DNA of 64,000 nt from Psammoneis japonica (taxonomy: Eukaryota), in assembly GCA_008632985.1 (NCBI GenBank), contig QPGO01000054.1:1-64000 (forward strand), written 5' to 3'. The notes beneath the pieces are model-generated. The model was not told the DNA's origin, made no database searches, and was given only the letters and a program-made list of their open reading frames with translations. Of the stretch, positions 61,678-64,000 are shown in pieces. The stretch's first letter is position 1. Each line of letters begins with the position of its first letter. The translations under genes were made by a program, and so were the position numbers.

Positions 61678-62299
61678 TGAACCGTTTGAGACTCATGACG
61701 TTCTACGGTATCTACCAATTGACACACTGATTTCTTCTTTTGTTTCGACGTTGTCTGACCCTTTTGTGCGATTAATTCATAAAACATCTCGCTGGGGAGC
61801 TATCTACTCGTAAAGTACTAATAGCTATATCATGATGAAGCTCTTGGTTCTAGCTATAGAGTATAATTCAAAGTAGTAGCTTTGAGTAGCTACTACTCTA
61901 GCTCTAGAGTAGCTACTCCTCTCTACTGTACCGGTACTTTAGCTACTAGAGCTAGAGCTAGCTATGATAGCTGAGTAGAGAGGACCGGCGACAGACTGAC
62001 GATGTTGTTGAAGTTCCGAATGGATCGTTTGATCCGAAAGTGGTGCTACGTAATCACGACCCGACCGCAACGCAACGCGACGTCAAATTTCTGGATTCTG
62101 GATTCTGATGGATCCTCGTTCCTCGTTCGCAAACTGAAAACCGGCACCTTACTACTGCATATCTTCTATCTTCTGCCTTCACAGTCTCTTATTGTACCGT
62201 TACAAAAGTTATCTCGAAAGAGTTTCACATTGAAGCGGTTGTTTCACGTCATCGTGATTGCCTTTTCGGTGTGTTTTGTCTTTGAAAGATCTTTCCAGA

Positions 62300-64000
62300 A
62301 TGGGTCGCGGTGTTGCTCTTTTGGGCGGCTTTGTTCTGGGGTCGGTAGTCACTCTTGCGGTATCCAGTGCAATGGGGAAGAAAAAGAAAAAGACAGTGAA
62401 ATTCGATGACGCTTCTCCTCACGTCAGCCCTCGCTCCAGATCGGCGGCTTCTTTGCTTGCTGCAACTCCTGACCAACAGGTTAACTTTCTTACCGACATC
62501 ATGAATAGGCTTTGGAAACACATCAATGTTGCTGGCAGTGCTACGATCCGGGAGACCATTGAACCGATGCTTGAAGACATGCAACCTAGCCTCACCGTGA
62601 AGACTGTTGATCTCGGAAAGATTCCGATTCGATTCGACAACATTGCTGTGCACACAATCAAAGGAGAGGGGAAGGATGAAAGGCTTCAATTTGATCTGGA
62701 TATCCTTTGGGATAGTGAAATGGCTATCGAGATGCACGCTGATTATATCGGAGACTTTGGTGTCAGGAGTATCAAGTTGAAAGGAAGAATGACCTTTTTG
62801 CTGAAACCTCTTTCTGATGAGCTACCCTGCATCTCGGCCATTCAGTATGCCTTTATTGATAATCCAGAGTTGGACCTGGACTTTACGGGACTGGCCAATA
62901 TTGCCGAGGTTGGTGGCATCGACCAGAAGGTCCGCGACGTGTTGCAATCAACGCTTTCCAGTATGTTGGTCCTCCCGAATAGGATGTTGTACAAGATGGA
63001 CCTTGGATGTGATCTCAGGCAAATGTATCAACCACCCCTTGGTGTTGTGCGTATTACTGCTGTTGGTGGCCGGGGCTTTCAGATCGAGAAGAGAGCTCTG
63101 CGTGGTGGAGATATACCGGATGTTTACTTGAAGTTGTCCATGGGGGACAGAACTTGCACTACATCGACAATCAAGGATAATTTGGAACCTGTTTGGAACG
63201 AAGCATTTGATTTTGTCATTTGCTCTCATGATCAGATCATTCGTTTGCACGCATGGGATGAAGACAAGGGAGCTCTAGATGCTGATGACGATTTAGGAAC
63301 CGCCCAAGTCACTGTAGGGGATCTGATGCTTGCAGGGAAGACTGTTGAACTCGAACTACAGGACGATGATACTCCCACGGGTGCCTACATTACAATTCGT
63401 TGCGAGATCTACAAGCTCACGACAGACACAACCGCCGTGGAGACCCCATCTCTCCTCGAGGAGAAGCCGATCAAAGACGGACTTTGCGGACTACTTACCA
63501 TTATCGTGACACAGGCATTCAACGTACCTGTCAAGAAAAGCGAGGCAAACTCGTTTATCAAGGTCAAATGCGGAGATTCAGAGTTTTTGACCGGTGCTGT
63601 TGTCGATGCACCGGGATATGATTGCTTAAACCCGACGTACGATTGCGTCTTTTTTGTTCAACTTACGCCAGAGTTACTCAAGAAGCAGGCCAATGGCTGT
63701 CCTTCCGTGTCTTTTTCTCTCATGAATGGTGAAAAGGAATTGGGAAACCTCCTAATCGATGGGGCGTCAGTGCTGGCCACTCCGAACAAAGTCATCAACG
63801 AGACACGTGACATTGGTAGTAGTGGTGCTTCTCTAGCGTTTCTTGTGGGCGTTTACGGTATTGACCAGCCGCCTGAAGGGGGTCTTCCTAGTGATGCGTT
63901 GTCTTCCTCATTGACGCGGGCTTTGCCGGATTCTGGCGATGATGGCGTCATGGGCGTTAGCCCTACCCATGAAAGGGTGTTGAGTGGACACGGCTTCTCT
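62300..64000 (+). CDS. Extended-synaptotagmin-like protein (TM, SMP and C2 domains); runs off the window end
   Basis: Exon 1 62300-62422 (TM plus basic patch), intron to 62479, then FLTDIMNRLWKHI, VDLGKIPIRF, MLVLPNR, PDVY, DNLEPVWNE and WDEDKG..DDDLG. Confidence 0.88.
   Translation, partial: MGRGVALLGGFVLGSVVTLAVSSAMGKKKKKTVKFDDASPHVSPRSRSAASLLAATPDQQVNFLTDIMNRLWKHINVAGSATIRETIEPMLEDMQPSLTVKTVDLGKIPIRFDNIAVHTIKGEGKDERLQFDLDILWDSEMAIEMHADYIGDFGVRSIKLKGRMTFLLKPLSDELPCISAIQYAFIDNPELDLDFTGLANIAEVGGIDQKVRDVLQSTLSSMLVLPNRMLYKMDLGCDLRQMYQPPLGVVRITAVGGRGFQIEKRALRGGDIPDVYLKLSMGDRTCTTSTIKDNLEPVWNEAFDFVICSHDQIIRLHAWDEDKGALDADDDLGTAQVTVGDLMLAGKTVELELQDDDTPTGAYITIRCEIYKLTTDTTAVETPSLLEEKPIKDGLCGLLTIIVTQAFNVPVKKSEANSFIKVKCGDSEFLTGAVVDAPGYDCLNPTYDCVFFVQLTPELLKKQANGCPSVSFSLMNGEKELGNLLIDGASVLATPNKVINETRDIGSSGASLAFLVGVYGIDQPPEGGLPSDALSSSLTRALPDSGDDGVMGVSPTHERVLSGHGFS

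Overview
Eukaryotic genomic DNA with GT-AG introns. The gene content suggests a diatom or other stramenopile (inference). Intact genes: myosin (5' part), ODC-like ORF, Ska3-like kinetochore protein, F-box/LRR/UBR-box protein, protein kinase, SAM methyltransferase, two subtilisin paralogs flanking a TPR gene, a ~2,540-aa modular secreted Pro/Ser-rich protein, a GH99-like hydrolase, kinesin-7 and an extended-synaptotagmin-like gene. About 3.2-12.6 kb and 16.2-30.1 kb form a decayed block of transposon relics, host-gene fragments and a 9-bp satellite; 38-40.5 kb is a milder version. The main signal is that TpA is almost erased in these blocks, converted symmetrically to TpG or CpA. A 442-bp copy of a neighbouring intact gene lost 16/16 TpA (8 to TG, 8 to CA) but only 9/23 CpG. 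This points to a domain-restricted A:T->G:C hypermutation at TpA, opposite in direction to fungal RIP. Separately, a subtilisin gene carries two near-identical introns around a 23-nt micro-exon, suggesting intron copying. All counts are manual and need computational confirmation.
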